Positions 36,274 through 49,034 of a stretch of 64,000 bases of DNA are shown here, in pieces. The DNA is from Faecousia sp. GTDB taxonomy: Bacteria; Bacillota; Clostridia; Oscillospirales; Oscillospiraceae. The translations under genes and the position numbers were made by a program. Below the pieces are notes generated by a model, which made no database searches, had not been told where the DNA came from, and was given only the letters and a program-made list of their open reading frames with translations. Each line of letters begins with the position of its first letter. Position 1 is the first letter of the stretch. The stretch lies in NCBI GenBank assembly GCA_045601345.1, contig JAZRZL010000075.1:11040-75039 (forward strand). Direction: 5' to 3'.

Positions 36274-38616
36274 ATGAAATATGATTGCGATAGAATCCTT
36301 CAGTGGACACAGGCACTACTAAAGTATAACCACGATACCAAGCTCGACAGCGCTACCCCTCAGCAGCTGCATGATGCACTGGGTCAGGCAGTGATGATGG
36401 AGATCAATGATGGCTGGATGCAGCGCCGCGCACTTCGCGCCAAAAGCCGCAAGGCCTATTATTTTTCTGCGGAGTATCTTATGGGGCGGCTGGTTTTCTC
36501 CAATCTCTGCAATCTCGGTATTCTGGAGGAGCTGACAGAGGCCTTCGCCAAAAAGGGCGTTGACCTTGCGTGCCTTGAAGAGATTGAGGATGCCGCGCTG
36601 GGCAATGGCGGTCTTGGCCGTCTGGCAGCCTGTTTTTTGGATTCTGCGGTTTCCAATGATCTCCCCTTGAGTGGCTATGGTCTGCGCTATAAGTTTGGCC
36701 TGTTTAAGCAGCGCTTTGATGAGCGGGGCAGCCAGCGGGAGCTTGCCGATGACTGGACGCATTATGGTGATCCATGGAGCTACCGCCGCGATAACCATAC
36801 CGTGACCATCGAATTTGCCGACCAGACGGTTCTGGCTGTGCCTTATGATATGCCCATCATTGGCTACGGCACCGATAACATCGGTACCCTTCGCCTATGG
36901 CAGTGCGAGGCTGTGGAGGAGCTGGATTTTGATGCCTTCAACGCACAGGACTATGCCCGCGCCCTTAACGCCAAGAACAGAGCCGAAGATATTACCCGTG
37001 TGCTTTATCCCAATGACTCCAATTATGAGGGCAAGCGTCTGCGTGTCAAGCAGCAGTACGTGATTTCCTCTGCTTCCTTGCAGGATATCCTTCGCATTTA
37101 CCAGCGCGACCATGGGGATCTGCGCCGTTTTGCTGAGTTTGTCACGATTCAGCTCAACGATACCCACCCCGCTATGTCCATTCCCGAGCTGATCCGTCTC
37201 TTCCTCCGTGAGGGTCTTTCCTTCGATGAGGCCTTTGAGATTGCACGTAACACCTTTAACTACACCAACCACACCGTCATGGGTGAGGCACTGGAAAAAT
37301 GGGATCTGGGTCTCATGGCTTCCGTCGTCCCTGAGATCGTGGAGATCATCCGCCGCATTGACGAGAGATTAAAGCGGGAGCACCCCGGCCTGTATATTAT
37401 TCAGGATAACATGGCACATATGGCCAATCTTTCTGTCTATGTCTCCCGTTATGTGAACGGCGTTGCCGAAATCCACACAGAAATCCTGAAAAATGACGTT
37501 TTCCGCGATTGGTACGGCATCTATCCCGAACGCTTCCAAAATAAGACCAATGGCATCACGCCCCGTCGCTGGCTCGGGCTGTGCAATCCGGAGCTGACGG
37601 AAATGCTGCAAGGTTTGGTGGGCGGCGATTTCCTGAAGGATCTGGACAGTCTGCGGCAGATTGAGGGCAAGATTGACCGCCGCCTTATCGACCGCTTCAA
37701 CGGCATCAAATATCAGAAGAAGCTCCAGCTCGCAGAGATCATCGAAGCCAGAGAGGGCATCGACCTTGACCCCAACTTCATTTTCGATGTGCAGGTCAAG
37801 CGTCTGCATGAATATAAGCGGCAGCTGCTCAATGCTTTCTCCATTATGGACATTTATTTCGGCCTGAAGGACGGCAGCCTGACGAAATTTACCCCCACCG
37901 CATTCATTTTCGGTGCAAAGTCTGCCCCCGGCTATCGCAGAGCCAAGGCCATTATCCGCTATATCAACCGCATTGCCCGCCTGATTAACCGCGACCCCGA
38001 TGTGGCGGATAAGCTGCGCGTGGTGTTTACGCAAAACTATAACTGCTCCTATGCCGAGCACATTATCCCCGCCGCCGATATTTCTGAGCAGATTTCTCCC
38101 GCAGGTACCGAGGCCTCCGGCACCGGCAATATGAAGCTGATGCTTAACGGCGCAGTCACGCTGGGTACTCGGGACGGTGCCAACATTGAGATTTTCCAGC
38201 AAGCCGGTGAGGAGAACAATTATCCCTTCGGCATGACTGTGGATGAACTTAATGCCGCCCGCGGAAGCTATTATAGCCGCGGCATTTACGATTCCAACCC
38301 CCGCCTACGCAGAGTGGTCAACACGCTGGTGGACGGCACCGTGGAGACCGATGACGAGCAAAGAGAGCTGTTCACCGCCCTTCTCGATGGCGCAAGCTGG
38401 CACGCACCGGATCATTACTTCCACCTTCTGGATTTCGATTCCTATCAGGAAGCAAAGCTCCGCGCCAATCAGGATTACCGCGACCGCCGCGCCTTTGGAC
38501 AGAAGTGCCTGCTGAACATCGCCCGCGCCGGAAAATTCTCCTCCGACCGCACCATCCGCGAATACGCCGCCGATATCTGGCACATCAAGCCCGCTACCCT
38601 CGAAACTGAGGAATGA
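36274..38616 (+). CDS. glgP: glycogen/maltodextrin phosphorylase
   Basis: 780 aa. PLP-lysine region EASGTGNMKLMLNGA and other GT35 family blocks (LGNGGLGRLAACFLDS). Confidence 0.92.
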   Translation: MKYDCDRILQWTQALLKYNHDTKLDSATPQQLHDALGQAVMMEINDGWMQRRALRAKSRKAYYFSAEYLMGRLVFSNLCNLGILEELTEAFAKKGVDLACLEEIEDAALGNGGLGRLAACFLDSAVSNDLPLSGYGLRYKFGLFKQRFDERGSQRELADDWTHYGDPWSYRRDNHTVTIEFADQTVLAVPYDMPIIGYGTDNIGTLRLWQCEAVEELDFDAFNAQDYARALNAKNRAEDITRVLYPNDSNYEGKRLRVKQQYVISSASLQDILRIYQRDHGDLRRFAEFVTIQLNDTHPAMSIPELIRLFLREGLSFDEAFEIARNTFNYTNHTVMGEALEKWDLGLMASVVPEIVEIIRRIDERLKREHPGLYIIQDNMAHMANLSVYVSRYVNGVAEIHTEILKNDVFRDWYGIYPERFQNKTNGITPRRWLGLCNPELTEMLQGLVGGDFLKDLDSLRQIEGKIDRRLIDRFNGIKYQKKLQLAEIIEAREGIDLDPNFIFDVQVKRLHEYKRQLLNAFSIMDIYFGLKDGSLTKFTPTAFIFGAKSAPGYRRAKAIIRYINRIARLINRDPDVADKLRVVFTQNYNCSYAEHIIPAADISEQISPAGTEASGTGNMKLMLNGAVTLGTRDGANIEIFQQAGEENNYPFGMTVDELNAARGSYYSRGIYDSNPRLRRVVNTLVDGTVETDDEQRELFTALLDGASWHAPDHYFHLLDFDSYQEAKLRANQDYRDRRAFGQKCLLNIARAGKFSSDRTIREYAADIWHIKPATLETEE

Positions 38617-38622
38617 TAATAA

Positions 38623-38658
38623 GACGAACCGGCCACAAAAAATGGCCGGTTCGTTTGC
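38623..38658 (+). terminator. rho-independent terminator after glgP
   Basis: GACGAACCGGCCA...TGGCCGGTTCGT stem followed by TTTG. Confidence 0.5.
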
Positions 38659-38671
38659 TAACTGCAACACA

Positions 38672-38949
38672 GGGAACAGGAAAACCATCCCCAATGGCAG
38701 TAAGTTAACAGCCCTTGCCTTCCCCGCTGGGGAAGGTGCCGCCCGCAGGCGGCGGATGAGGTCTGCCTTCTAAGATTGAGCGCTTTCTATGTTAGGAAGG
38801 TTTTTTGTTTTGGCAGTGCGCCCAATGACCTCATCAGTCTCGCTTCGCTCGCCAGCTTCCCCAGAGGGGAAGCCTTGGCCTCTGTGGAACAATGTTATCA
38901 AAACGAAAATTTTCACAGTTGCTAACTTAACGCCATTGAAAACCGTCCC
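38672..38949 (+). repeat. repeat copy R5 (inner TIR at both ends, core H plus module D)
   Basis: GGGAACAGGAAAACCATCCCCAATGGCAGTAAGTTAACAGCCC ... GCTAACTTAACGCCATTGAAAACCGTCCC. Confidence 0.8.
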
Positions 38950-39005
38950 TTTGTCACATTGTACGACATAATTATTTTGCAAGTTTCTTCTTTATTCACC
39001 AAAAT

Positions 39006-39050
39006 ATAAATCGCTTATCGGCACTGATAAAGTAAACGATAAGCGATTAT
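39006..39050 (-). terminator. hairpin downstream of rnhA
   Basis: ATAAATCGCTTATCG / CGATAAGCGATTAT stem with short T runs on both strands. Confidence 0.35.
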
Positions 39051-39078
39051 ATTTTAATATTCAACCGCAGAGAATTGC

Positions 39079-39531
39079 TTAATCCTTAAATTTTCTGCTT
39101 TCCTCCACAGCTAAGGTGTCGCAGCGGTTATTATAGGGGTTATCGGCGTGACCCTTGACCCAATGGATTTGGAGGGTGTGGGTTTCCATGTGGGCAAGGA
39201 GCTGTTCCCATAGATCGACATTCAGGGCGGGTTTTTTGTCGGCTTTGCGCCAGCCGTTTTTTTGCCATGAGAAGACCCAGCCTTTTAAAATCGCGTCGGC
39301 GATATATTTGGAGTCGGTGTACAGTTCAACAGTACACGGCTCCTTTAATGCTTCCAGCGCACGCAGGACGGCGGTTAGCTCCATGCGGTTGTTGGTGGTC
39401 TGCGCCTCGCCGCCGGACAGCTCTTTTTCGTGCTCTCCGTAGCGGAGGATCGCTGCCCAGCCGCCGGGGCCGGGGTTGCCGGAGCAGGCGCCGTCCGTGT
39501 AGATGGTGACGGTTTTACGCATCCTCGCCAT
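39079..39531 (-). CDS. rnhA: ribonuclease HI
   Basis: [19 protein letters not shown]...NNRMEL...YTDSKY...[15 protein letters not shown] catalytic DEDD pattern. Start at M22 or M25 of the ORF, overlapping the gyrA 3' end. Confidence 0.85.
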   Translation of the reverse strand: MARMRKTVTIYTDGACSGNPGPGGWAAILRYGEHEKELSGGEAQTTNNRMELTAVLRALEALKEPCTVELYTDSKYIADAILKGWVFSWQKNGWRKADKKPALNVDLWEQLLAHMETHTLQIHWVKGHADNPYNNRCDTLAVEESRKFKD

Positions 39532-42022
39532 CCTCGGCTTCTTCCCCGGTAGCAATTGCCTGTACGCTGCACACGCGGCTGCCTTCCTCGACACGCATCA
39601 GAATCACGCCCTGTGCGTCTCTGCGATAGAGGTTGACATCCTGAACCGCCATGCGGATAATCACGCCGCCTTCCTCAATCATCATGATATCATCGCTCTC
39701 GCGGACAATGCACACGCCCGCGATTTTGCCGGTGCGTTCATTGACGGCCAGATTCTTCATGCCCTTGCCGCCTCTGGATTGCGGTCTTCTGATTTCACCG
39801 TCCAGACGCAGGTATTCTTCTACCGCCGTTCTCTTGCCGTAGCCGCGCTCGGTGACGGTGAGCAATTGGGTACCCGGCTCTGCAACGCCAGCGCCAACAA
39901 TATAATCTCCCTCTGCAAGGCTCATGCCCTTCACGCCCACGGCCTCTCTGCCCATGCAGCGCACATCGCGCTCGTCAAAGCAGATGGCAAGACCGTCATG
40001 GGAGGCCAGAATGATGTTATCCTCACCGCTGCTGGCAAGAACTGCTACCAGCTCATCGCCTTCCTCTAAGCTCAATGCGCGGATGCCGCCCTTTCTGGCG
40101 GTATTCAGGGCTTGCAGCTCCAGACGCTTCACGGTGCCCTTGCGGGTGACAAAGATGAGGTAGCTCTCCTCCTCCATGGACTTGGTCAGGAGCATAGCGG
40201 TGATCTTTTCCTCCTGCTCCAGCGGGAGAATGTTGATCACAGCGGTACCTCTGGCGGTCCGGGAGGCCTCGGGAATCTGGTAGCCCTTCTTGCGGTGCAC
40301 CTTGCCGATGCTGGTGAAGAACAGGAGGTAATCATGGGTGGAGGCCACGAACAGGCTCTTGACATAGTCCTCCTCCTTCAGGCTCTGCCCGGTGACACCA
40401 CGGCCACCGCGCCGCTGGATGCGGTAGGTATCCACGTCCATGCGCTTGATATAGCCGGTGTTCGACAGGGTATAGCAGCAGTCGCGCTGTTCGATCAAAT
40501 CTTCGATATCCAGATCGTCCTCGACATCCTCAATCTGGGTGCGGCGTTCATCACCGTACTTGTCGCGGATGGCGGTCAGCTCCTCCTTGAGGATCTGGCG
40601 AACCAGACCCTTATCTGCCAGAACGGCACGGAGCCAAGCAATCTTCTTTTCCAGCTCGTCATATTCTGCCTGTAGCTTCTCGCGCTCCATGCCCTGCAAG
40701 GCCTTGAGGCGCATATCGAGAATGGTCTGCGCCTGCACTTCGCTCAGGCCAAAGCGCTCCATCAGGCGTTCCTTTGCATCATCATAGCTCTCGCGGATGA
40801 TGCGGATGACTTCATCAATGTTGTCCTGCGCAATCAGCAGACCTTCCAGAATGTGGGCGCGTTCCTCTGCCTTTTTGAGGTCATACTGGGTGCGGCGGGT
40901 GATGATCTCCTCCTGGAAACTGAGATATTCATCCAGCATATGGCGAAGAGACAGGATTCTCGGCTGGGTCTGGTCATTGACCAGTGCCAGCATATTCACC
41001 GAGAAGGTGGTTTGCAGCGCCGTCTGGGCATAGAGCCGGTTCAGAACGACCTGCGGGTTGGCATCGCGCTTGAGCTCAATGACCACGCGCATACCGTTGC
41101 GGTCGGATTCATCACGCAGGTCGGAAATGCCCTCCAGACGCTTTTCCTTCATCTGCTCTGCGATATTCTCAACCAAGGCGCGTTTATTCACCTGATAGGG
41201 CAATTCATTAATGATAATGCGGATACGGTCATTGGAGAATTCCTCCATTTCCGCACGGCCTCGGACGGTAATGCGGCCACGGCCTGTTGCATAGGCAGCG
41301 CGGATACCGCTTCGTCCTAAGATAATGCCCTTGGTGGGGAAATCCGGCCCCTGTAGATATTGCATAAGGTCACTCAGCGTGGCCTCAGGATCATCCAGAA
41401 TGCAGATGCAGGCGTTAATGACCTCGCGCAGGTTATGGGGCGGGATATTGGTTGCCATACCGACCGCGATACCGGATGAGCCATTGACTAAGAGATTCGG
41501 GAATCTGGACGGCAGGACGCGGGGTTCCAGACAGGATTCATCATAGTTCGGGTCGAAGTTGACGGTCTGCTTGTCGATATCGCGCAGCATTTCGTTGGCG
41601 ATTTTGGACATTCTGGCCTCGGTATAACGGTAAGCCGCAGGGGGGTCACCGTCCACAGAGCCGAAGTTGCCGTGTCCATCCACCAGCATATAGCGCATGG
41701 AGAAATCCTGCGCCAGACGCACCATGGCATCATAGACCGAGGTATCGCCGTGGGGATGATACTTGCCCAGCACTTCACCGACACAGGTGGCAGACTTCTT
41801 AAAGGGCTTATCCGAGGTCAGGTTATTTTCATACATGGCGTAGAGAATGCGGCGGTGGACGGGCTTGAGGCCGTCGCGCACATCCGGCAGTGCTCTTGCC
41901 ACGATAACGGACATTGCATATTCAATAAAGGAGGATTCCATTTCCTTCACGAGGTCATTGCTCACAATGGTCTGCTCGGGGAAGGTAATATCCTCCGGCT
42001 TATAATCCTTTGCTTTTGCCAA
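39515..42022 (-). CDS. gyrA: DNA gyrase subunit A
   Basis: [29 protein letters not shown] and the active-site region [10 protein letters not shown]. 835 aa. Confidence 0.97.
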   Translation of the reverse strand: MAKAKDYKPEDITFPEQTIVSNDLVKEMESSFIEYAMSVIVARALPDVRDGLKPVHRRILYAMYENNLTSDKPFKKSATCVGEVLGKYHPHGDTSVYDAMVRLAQDFSMRYMLVDGHGNFGSVDGDPPAAYRYTEARMSKIANEMLRDIDKQTVNFDPNYDESCLEPRVLPSRFPNLLVNGSSGIAVGMATNIPPHNLREVINACICILDDPEATLSDLMQYLQGPDFPTKGIILGRSGIRAAYATGRGRITVRGRAEMEEFSNDRIRIIINELPYQVNKRALVENIAEQMKEKRLEGISDLRDESDRNGMRVVIELKRDANPQVVLNRLYAQTALQTTFSVNMLALVNDQTQPRILSLRHMLDEYLSFQEEIITRRTQYDLKKAEERAHILEGLLIAQDNIDEVIRIIRESYDDAKERLMERFGLSEVQAQTILDMRLKALQGMEREKLQAEYDELEKKIAWLRAVLADKGLVRQILKEELTAIRDKYGDERRTQIEDVEDDLDIEDLIEQRDCCYTLSNTGYIKRMDVDTYRIQRRGGRGVTGQSLKEEDYVKSLFVASTHDYLLFFTSIGKVHRKKGYQIPEASRTARGTAVINILPLEQEEKITAMLLTKSMEEESYLIFVTRKGTVKRLELQALNTARKGGIRALSLEEGDELVAVLASSGEDNIILASHDGLAICFDERDVRCMGREAVGVKGMSLAEGDYIVGAGVAEPGTQLLTVTERGYGKRTAVEEYLRLDGEIRRPQSRGGKGMKNLAVNERTGKIAGVCIVRESDDIMMIEEGGVIIRMAVQDVNLYRRDAQGVILMRVEEGSRVCSVQAIATGEEAEDGEDA

Positions 42023-42037
42023 ATGGGTTCCCTCCTA

Positions 42038-43990
<1,953 letters not shown>

Positions 43991-44012
43991 CTAATTAAGA
44001 GATTTTCATAAA

Positions 44013-44264
44013 TTATTCCTGTTTCAGTCTTTTTTCAAGCGTTGCAGGGGAAAATTGACTGAAATATATACGATTCATACCAAATTCCGAGGTCAGGAGG
44101 AAGGATTTCGGCAGCTCCTGCGTAGTTTCAGCAGTCTCCCCGCGCTCCTCCGCCCCTCTGAGAAATTTTCTTGTACGGGCAGACCAAGTGGTGTTGTCCA
44201 AATCGAAAATACCGATAATGCTTGAATCCCGCACCGCCATATCGCCGCCGATAGGTAAATACAT
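44013..44264 (-). CDS. DUF370 protein (RemB-like)
   Basis: 83 aa with an IIGIFDLD motif. Occupies the conserved Firmicutes slot between recF and gyrB. Confidence 0.7.
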   Translation of the reverse strand: MYLPIGGDMAVRDSSIIGIFDLDNTTWSARTRKFLRGAEERGETAETTQELPKSFLLTSEFGMNRIYFSQFSPATLEKRLKQE

Positions 44265-44282
44265 CGTGTCTTCTCCTTACAA

Positions 44283-44595
44283 GACAGAGGACTGTTCTCA
44301 ATGGCAGTAAGTTAACAGCCCCTGCCTTCCCCTCTGGGGAAGGTGCCGCCCGTAGGCGGCGGATGAGGTTTCATTCCTGAAACTGCGTGCTTTCTATGTT
44401 AGGAAGGTTTTCCGTTTTATCTGCGCGTCCATACCTCATCAGTCTCGCTTCGCTCGCCAGCTTCCCCAGAGGGGAAGCCTTTGACCTCATCAGTCTCGCT
44501 TCGCTCGACAGCTTCCCCAAAGGGGAAGCCTTAGCGCGGGCTATGTTAGGAAGTTTTCCACAGCCACCAACTTAACGCCATTAAAAACTGTCTTC
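44283..44595 (+). repeat. repeat copy R6 (inner TIR at both ends; module D duplicated in tandem, 2 x 51 bp at 44433-44534)
   Basis: GACAGAGGACTGTTCTCAATGGCAGTAAGTTAACAGCCCC ... CAACTTAACGCCATTAAAAACTGTCTTC. The right end overlaps the recF stop and its last codons. Confidence 0.8.
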
Positions 44596-45699
44596 TGTCC
44601 TGTTAATTTTTCCGTTTTCGACTACGTAGGCGCGGCCTATGGAGGACAGGCGATCCTTTTCGCAGCAGGTGATGAAGACCTGTCCCTGTCCGAGGCGGTT
44701 CAGGACAAAATCCTGCCGTCCGGCATCCAGCTCGGATAGTACATCATCTAGAAGCAGGATCGGTTCCTCCTCCAAAAGACGGCGAAGCAGCTCCCGCTCG
44801 CTTAATTTGATGGAGATCGCTGCCGTGCGGGTCTGACCCTGTGAGCCGAAGCTTTTGATGCTCATGCCGTCCAACATGGCATTTAGATCGTCCTTGTGCG
44901 GCCCCGACAGGCATTGTCCGGTTTCCTGCTCGGCTCTGGCATGGGAGGCCTGATGCGCCTTCAGCCAGCCGTAGAGCGTCTCCGGGGGCGCGAAGGGGTC
45001 TTCTATGGTAGATACCGTCTGATATTCCAGATTCAAAAGCTCCCTGCCGCCGGAAAATTCCTTGTGGCAGCTCTGGGCAGCTTCCTCCAGTGCCTTAATG
45101 TAACGCGCCCGGTAATAGATGATGGTCGCGCCGTAACGCGCCATTTGTTCGTTATATTCCGGCAAAATCTCCAAAAGACCGGGCTGCCATTGCCAATCCT
45201 TCAAAATTCTACTTTTTTGTTCCAGACATCTGCCATATTCCTGCAAGGCGGAGGCGTAGACCGGGCGAAGTTGACATAATGTTCTGTCAATCATCCGCCG
45301 TCTGGCCTGTGACCCGGCGCGGAGCACACCCAAATCCTCCGGGCAAAAGAGAACTACGGGTAAAATACCCGAAATCTCCGCAGCAGACTTCTTTTTGACC
45401 TCGTTCACATAGAGCTGCCTTGACCTTCTCCCGGAAAACAGCACTGCCCTAAGGCGCTGCTCCCGCTGGGCGCTGTCAATTTTAGCGCTGATTTCAGCAA
45501 ATTCTGCACCGATGCGCACCAACTCCGCGCCTGTGCGGGTGCGGAAGGACTGCCCCTGTGAGAGATAGACTATAGCCTCCAGAAGATTGGTTTTTCCCTG
45601 TGCATTATCCCCGACCAGAAGATTAACGCCGGGGTGAAATTCGCACGTTGTATGCCGGTAGTTGCGCCAATCGCAGAGGTGCAGCTCCTTGAGCCTCAT
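44581..45699 (-). CDS. recF: DNA replication/repair protein RecF
   Basis: Walker A GDNAQGKTNLLEA and the C-terminal LLLDDVLSELD signature. Located in the dnaN-yaaA-recF synteny. Confidence 0.93.
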   Translation of the reverse strand: MRLKELHLCDWRNYRHTTCEFHPGVNLLVGDNAQGKTNLLEAIVYLSQGQSFRTRTGAELVRIGAEFAEISAKIDSAQREQRLRAVLFSGRRSRQLYVNEVKKKSAAEISGILPVVLFCPEDLGVLRAGSQARRRMIDRTLCQLRPVYASALQEYGRCLEQKSRILKDWQWQPGLLEILPEYNEQMARYGATIIYYRARYIKALEEAAQSCHKEFSGGRELLNLEYQTVSTIEDPFAPPETLYGWLKAHQASHARAEQETGQCLSGPHKDDLNAMLDGMSIKSFGSQGQTRTAAISIKLSERELLRRLLEEEPILLLDDVLSELDAGRQDFVLNRLGQGQVFITCCEKDRLSSIGRAYVVENGKINRTEDSF

Positions 45700-45941
45700 G
45701 CCTCTGTGACCCGGAAGGTCTGGCCGAGGCAGGTCACGCGGTTATCCGGGCGAAGCTTTTTGCCGCGCTGGAGGCATACCGCACCATCTACCAAAACCTC
45801 CCCATCCTGAATCCACTGCTTGGCCATGCCCCCGGTGGGTGCAGCGCCGCAGAGCTTGAGAAAGCTTTCGAGCTTGATATATTCTGTAGAAATCGGAATT
45901 TCGATATCCGATAAATGCCGAACCTTCACATGAACCTTCAT
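45696..45941 (-). CDS. yaaA: S4-domain RNA-binding protein YaaA
   Basis: 81 aa with IKLESFLKLCG...GGMAKQWIQDGEVLVDG. AAGGAGG RBS. Lies between dnaN and recF. Confidence 0.8.
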   Translation of the reverse strand: MKVHVKVRHLSDIEIPISTEYIKLESFLKLCGAAPTGGMAKQWIQDGEVLVDGAVCLQRGKKLRPDNRVTCLGQTFRVTEA

Positions 45942-45956
45942 GCATTTGCCTCCTTA

Positions 45957-47072
45957 TCAGATCCCGGATTTGATGCGCACCGGGAGCACCATATATCTGA
46001 AATCCTCACCGCTTCCCTCGCAAGGCGTGAGAATAATGGGACTGAGGAAGTTGGACATCTCCAGCATGACCTCGCCCGTGGGAACAACCTTGAGCGCATC
46101 CAAAAGATAGCGGCAATTGAAGCCAATCTCCAAATCCTTGCCATCGCCAGAGAGGCTGCAAACATCATGTGCCGAGCCGACGGTGGTTACCGTGCGGAAA
46201 TCCACAATATTTTCCCCGAAGACACAGCGCACCGGGCTTTTCATCTTTTCCGAAACGATCAGACTGACGCGCTCAATGCTTGCAGTAAGGGAGGCAACAT
46301 TGGCGCAGAGCTTTATGGGGTTAAATTCCGGCATAACCCGCCGCCAATCCATGAATTCACCCTCCAGAATACGGCTGACCAGCGTGACCTTGCCAACCTC
46401 AAAGAGAATATGCCGTGAGCCAAGGGTGAACACGACTTCCTCCTCTGTGTCCTCCAGAATTTTTTCCAGCTCGCGCAGGGCATCGGCAGGTACTACGAAT
46501 TTTAAAAGTCTCCCGGTTGGCTCTGTCGTATGGAAGCTGCGCTTTGCCAGACGGAAGCCATCTACGGCAACCATCGTAATAGCGTTTTCCTCTACCTCAA
46601 TTAGGCAGCCGGTGAGAATGGGTCTGGCCGGATTCTGGGAGGAGGCAAAAAGAGTACCAGAGATCAGCTCGCGCAGAGCTTTTTGCGGAATGGAAATGCC
46701 GTTGGTGAACTCCACATCAGGCAGCTCCGGATAGTCAGCAGCATCCTCTGCCATAATGGTGAAGGAGGCAATACCGCTGCGCAAGGTGGCCTTTAAGCTA
46801 TCATTCACGCTGATGGTAACGGTATCATCGGGCATTTTGCGGATAATATCAAAAAACAGTCTGGCTGGCATGACGCATTCGCCGCAATCCTGAATTTCGG
46901 CATCGACCCGGATGGTAACGCCGGTCTCCATATTGAAGCCGGTCAGCTGCAAATCATTGCCAGCGCGTACATAAACGCCCTCCAGTGCGCTAATTGCACA
47001 CTTTGGTGAGACAGATCGGATTGCAATTGCAATCGCAGAAACCAGTGTGTTTTTTTCACAGGTAAATTTCAT
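45957..47072 (-). CDS. dnaN: DNA polymerase III beta sliding clamp
   Basis: Start at the ATG at 47072 (MKFTCEKNTL...). Three-domain clamp length. Located downstream of dnaA. Confidence 0.93.
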   Translation of the reverse strand: MKFTCEKNTLVSAIAIAIRSVSPKCAISALEGVYVRAGNDLQLTGFNMETGVTIRVDAEIQDCGECVMPARLFFDIIRKMPDDTVTISVNDSLKATLRSGIASFTIMAEDAADYPELPDVEFTNGISIPQKALRELISGTLFASSQNPARPILTGCLIEVEENAITMVAVDGFRLAKRSFHTTEPTGRLLKFVVPADALRELEKILEDTEEEVVFTLGSRHILFEVGKVTLVSRILEGEFMDWRRVMPEFNPIKLCANVASLTASIERVSLIVSEKMKSPVRCVFGENIVDFRTVTTVGSAHDVCSLSGDGKDLEIGFNCRYLLDALKVVPTGEVMLEMSNFLSPIILTPCEGSGEDFRYMVLPVRIKSGI

Positions 47073-47110
47073 ACCCAAACCTCTCTTTCCTCCTCCCTAA
47101 AGGGAGGGAG

Positions 47111-47301
47111 GATAAATAAAAAGTAACAGTAGTAGTAATAACTTATGTGGACAAATCGGAAAAACCGTTGCAGTATAAGAAAAATTGCAAAATCGGGATG
47201 TGGAAAAGCACATGGAGTTTCCACAGGGCAAAATGCAGCAGCTTTATCCATAAAAAGTTTTAACAAATATCTTTCAACTTTCCACAGCCCCATGTGGAAT
47301 A
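47111..47301. other. oriC candidate: AT-rich unwinding region, TAG/TAA trio run and six DnaA-box-like 9-mers
   Basis: AT-rich stretch at 47111-47145 containing TAGTAGTAATAA (47130-47141). Boxes: TGTGGACAA 47146, TGTGGAAAA 47199, GTTTCCACA 47217, TTATCCATA 47244, CTTTCCACA 47278, TGTGGAATA 47293 (1-2 mismatches to TTATCCACA). Confidence 0.6.
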
Positions 47302-47310
47302 CCAAGACAA

Positions 47311-47472
47311 GGGGCGGTTTTCTATTTTATCTGCGCGTCCATACCTCATCCGTCTCGCTTCGCTCGACAGCTTCCCCGGAGGGGAAGCCTTAGCCCCTGC
47401 CTTCCCCTCTGGGGAAGGTGCCGCCCGTAGGCGGCGGATGAGGTTGGCCTCCTAAGACAGAGTGCTTCCTAA
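47311..47472 (+). repeat. repeat copy R7 (permuted: module D precedes core H; no TIRs)
   Basis: ...ATACCTCATCCGTCTCGCTTCGCTCGACAGCTTCCCCGGAGGGGAAGCCTTAGCCCCTGCCTTCCCCTCTGGGGAAGGTGCCGCCCGTAGGCGGCGGATGAGGTTGGCCTCCTAAGA. Confidence 0.75.
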
Positions 47473-47488
47473 TGGGCTTTTTCAAAGC

Positions 47489-48802
47489 TCAGAGGCGGTT
47501 ATTGATATTGGAGGTGATATCTTGCAAGGTATTCTTCATGCCAGACTTTGGATCAGAGAGTAGAGCTTCGACCTTACGAATGCTGTGAATAACGGTAGCG
47601 TGGTCTCGACCGAATTCCTTTCCGATGTCCGGCAGGCTGCATTGGGTCAGATTACGGATCAGATACATGGCAATCTGCCGTGCCTCCGCAGTTCCTTTAT
47701 TTCGCAGAGAACCGCGAAGAATATGTTCCTCAATGTTGAAATAGCGGCTGACTTCGGAAATAATGAGCGCCGCCGTGGGCAAAGAGGAGGCACCTTCTTT
47801 GTACATATCCTTAATGGCGCGTGATACGCTGGCCACATCCAGTTCCATATTGTCGAGTGTGTGGTAGGCCATGACCTTTTTGACCGTGCCTTCGATCTGG
47901 CGGATGTTGGTGGTAATATTTTCAGCGATGTAGGAACAGACCTCGTCGGAAATTCCGATGCCAAGGCTCATGGCCTTATTTTTAATAATGGCCATACGGG
48001 TTTCATAATCTGGCGGCTGAATATCGGCAATCAGACCCCATTCAAAGCGGGTTTTCAGACGATCCTCCAGCTTCAGCATGGCAGAGGGCGGCTGGTCAGA
48101 GGTGAGGACGATCTGCTTGTGATTTTCATACAGGGCGTTAAAGGTATTAAAGAATTCCTCCTGCGTGGAATCCTTGCCGGCAATAAAATGAATATCGTCC
48201 ATGAGGAAGAGATCAGCCTGACGGAATTTATTACGGAATTCCATATTTTTTCCCTCGCGGAGCGCTTCAATCATTTCATTGGTAAATTGATCGCCGCGGA
48301 TATAGACAATGTTGAAATCGGGGTGTTTCTCGTGAATTGCAGCGGCAATGGCATAGAGCAAATGGGTTTTTCCAAGGCCGGATTGGCCATAGATGAAAAG
48401 CGGATTATATGCGTCGGCGGGCATTTTGGCAACAGCTAGGGCAGCGCCGTGGGCAAAGCGGTTGGAAGAGCCGACAACAAAGCTTTTGAAGGTGAATTGG
48501 GGATTTTTTATGAGAAAATCAGGATGGTTACTCGTCTGCTTACGCAGGTTCACCTCTTCCTCACCGAGAAGCTCAATTTCCACCTGCATATCAAAAAGAA
48601 GCTGCATTGCATCCTGAAGGAGGGGCACCCAGCGGCGGCTGATGGTTTCGCGCCGGAACGCGGAGGGGGATAGAATGGTTAGACACTGTTCGGTAAGCGA
48701 AATTACCTCGGTATCATCGAACCAGGTTGCAACAACGGTGGAGGAGAGCTGCTGTTCAAGATAGCTGAGAACCTTCGCCCAGACATAGGCGGTTGAATAC
48801 AT
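47489..48802 (-). CDS. dnaA: chromosomal replication initiator DnaA
   Basis: Start trimmed to the ATG at 48802 (MYSTAYVWAKV...) after AAGGAG. AAA+ GQSGLGKTHLL and the C-terminal DNA-binding region DHATVIHSIRKV. Confidence 0.95.
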   Translation of the reverse strand: MYSTAYVWAKVLSYLEQQLSSTVVATWFDDTEVISLTEQCLTILSPSAFRRETISRRWVPLLQDAMQLLFDMQVEIELLGEEEVNLRKQTSNHPDFLIKNPQFTFKSFVVGSSNRFAHGAALAVAKMPADAYNPLFIYGQSGLGKTHLLYAIAAAIHEKHPDFNIVYIRGDQFTNEMIEALREGKNMEFRNKFRQADLFLMDDIHFIAGKDSTQEEFFNTFNALYENHKQIVLTSDQPPSAMLKLEDRLKTRFEWGLIADIQPPDYETRMAIIKNKAMSLGIGISDEVCSYIAENITTNIRQIEGTVKKVMAYHTLDNMELDVASVSRAIKDMYKEGASSLPTAALIISEVSRYFNIEEHILRGSLRNKGTAEARQIAMYLIRNLTQCSLPDIGKEFGRDHATVIHSIRKVEALLSDPKSGMKNTLQDITSNINNRL

Positions 48803-48861
48803 AAAATTCTCCTTTCCGCACATCGTAAGGGGCAATTTTGCTATAAAATAACTCACTATAT

Positions 48862-48890
48862 ATTCTAACATAAACAGAGAAAAAGAACAA
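48862..48890 (-). promoter_or_regulatory. candidate dnaA promoter
   Basis: Minus strand: TTGTTC, 17 nt, TAGAAT. Confidence 0.35.
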
Positions 48891-48997
48891 GGAAAAAAGG
48901 TCGTTTTTTTGATTACTACAATATAAAAAAGAAAAGTCAGTCTAAGAGAAATTTAGTTGAATTTTAAAGATCGGAAAGGGTGTCACCCGCAGGCGGC

Positions 48998-49034
48998 AAA
49001 AAAAAGACAAGGAGACGAAAAACCGTCTCCTTGT
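48998..49034 (-). terminator. rho-independent terminator of the MBL/SLH gene
   Basis: Minus strand: GACAAGGAGACGG-ttttt-CGTCTCCTTGTC followed by T8. Confidence 0.7.

Noticed and set aside
44387-44575. Small ORFs lying inside repeat copies (also 38789-38971, 47145-47393, 62601-62813, and the 3' part of 52885-53472)
   Set aside because: Their peptides (…SLASLASFPRGEA…) are translations of the repeat modules, and the same modules occur in both orientations and in different frames elsewhere. They have no RBS.
48803-48997. Expected DnaA boxes upstream of dnaA
   Set aside because: A scan by eye found no 9-mer within two mismatches of TTATCCACA. This is reported as an absence under the origin finding rather than as a feature.
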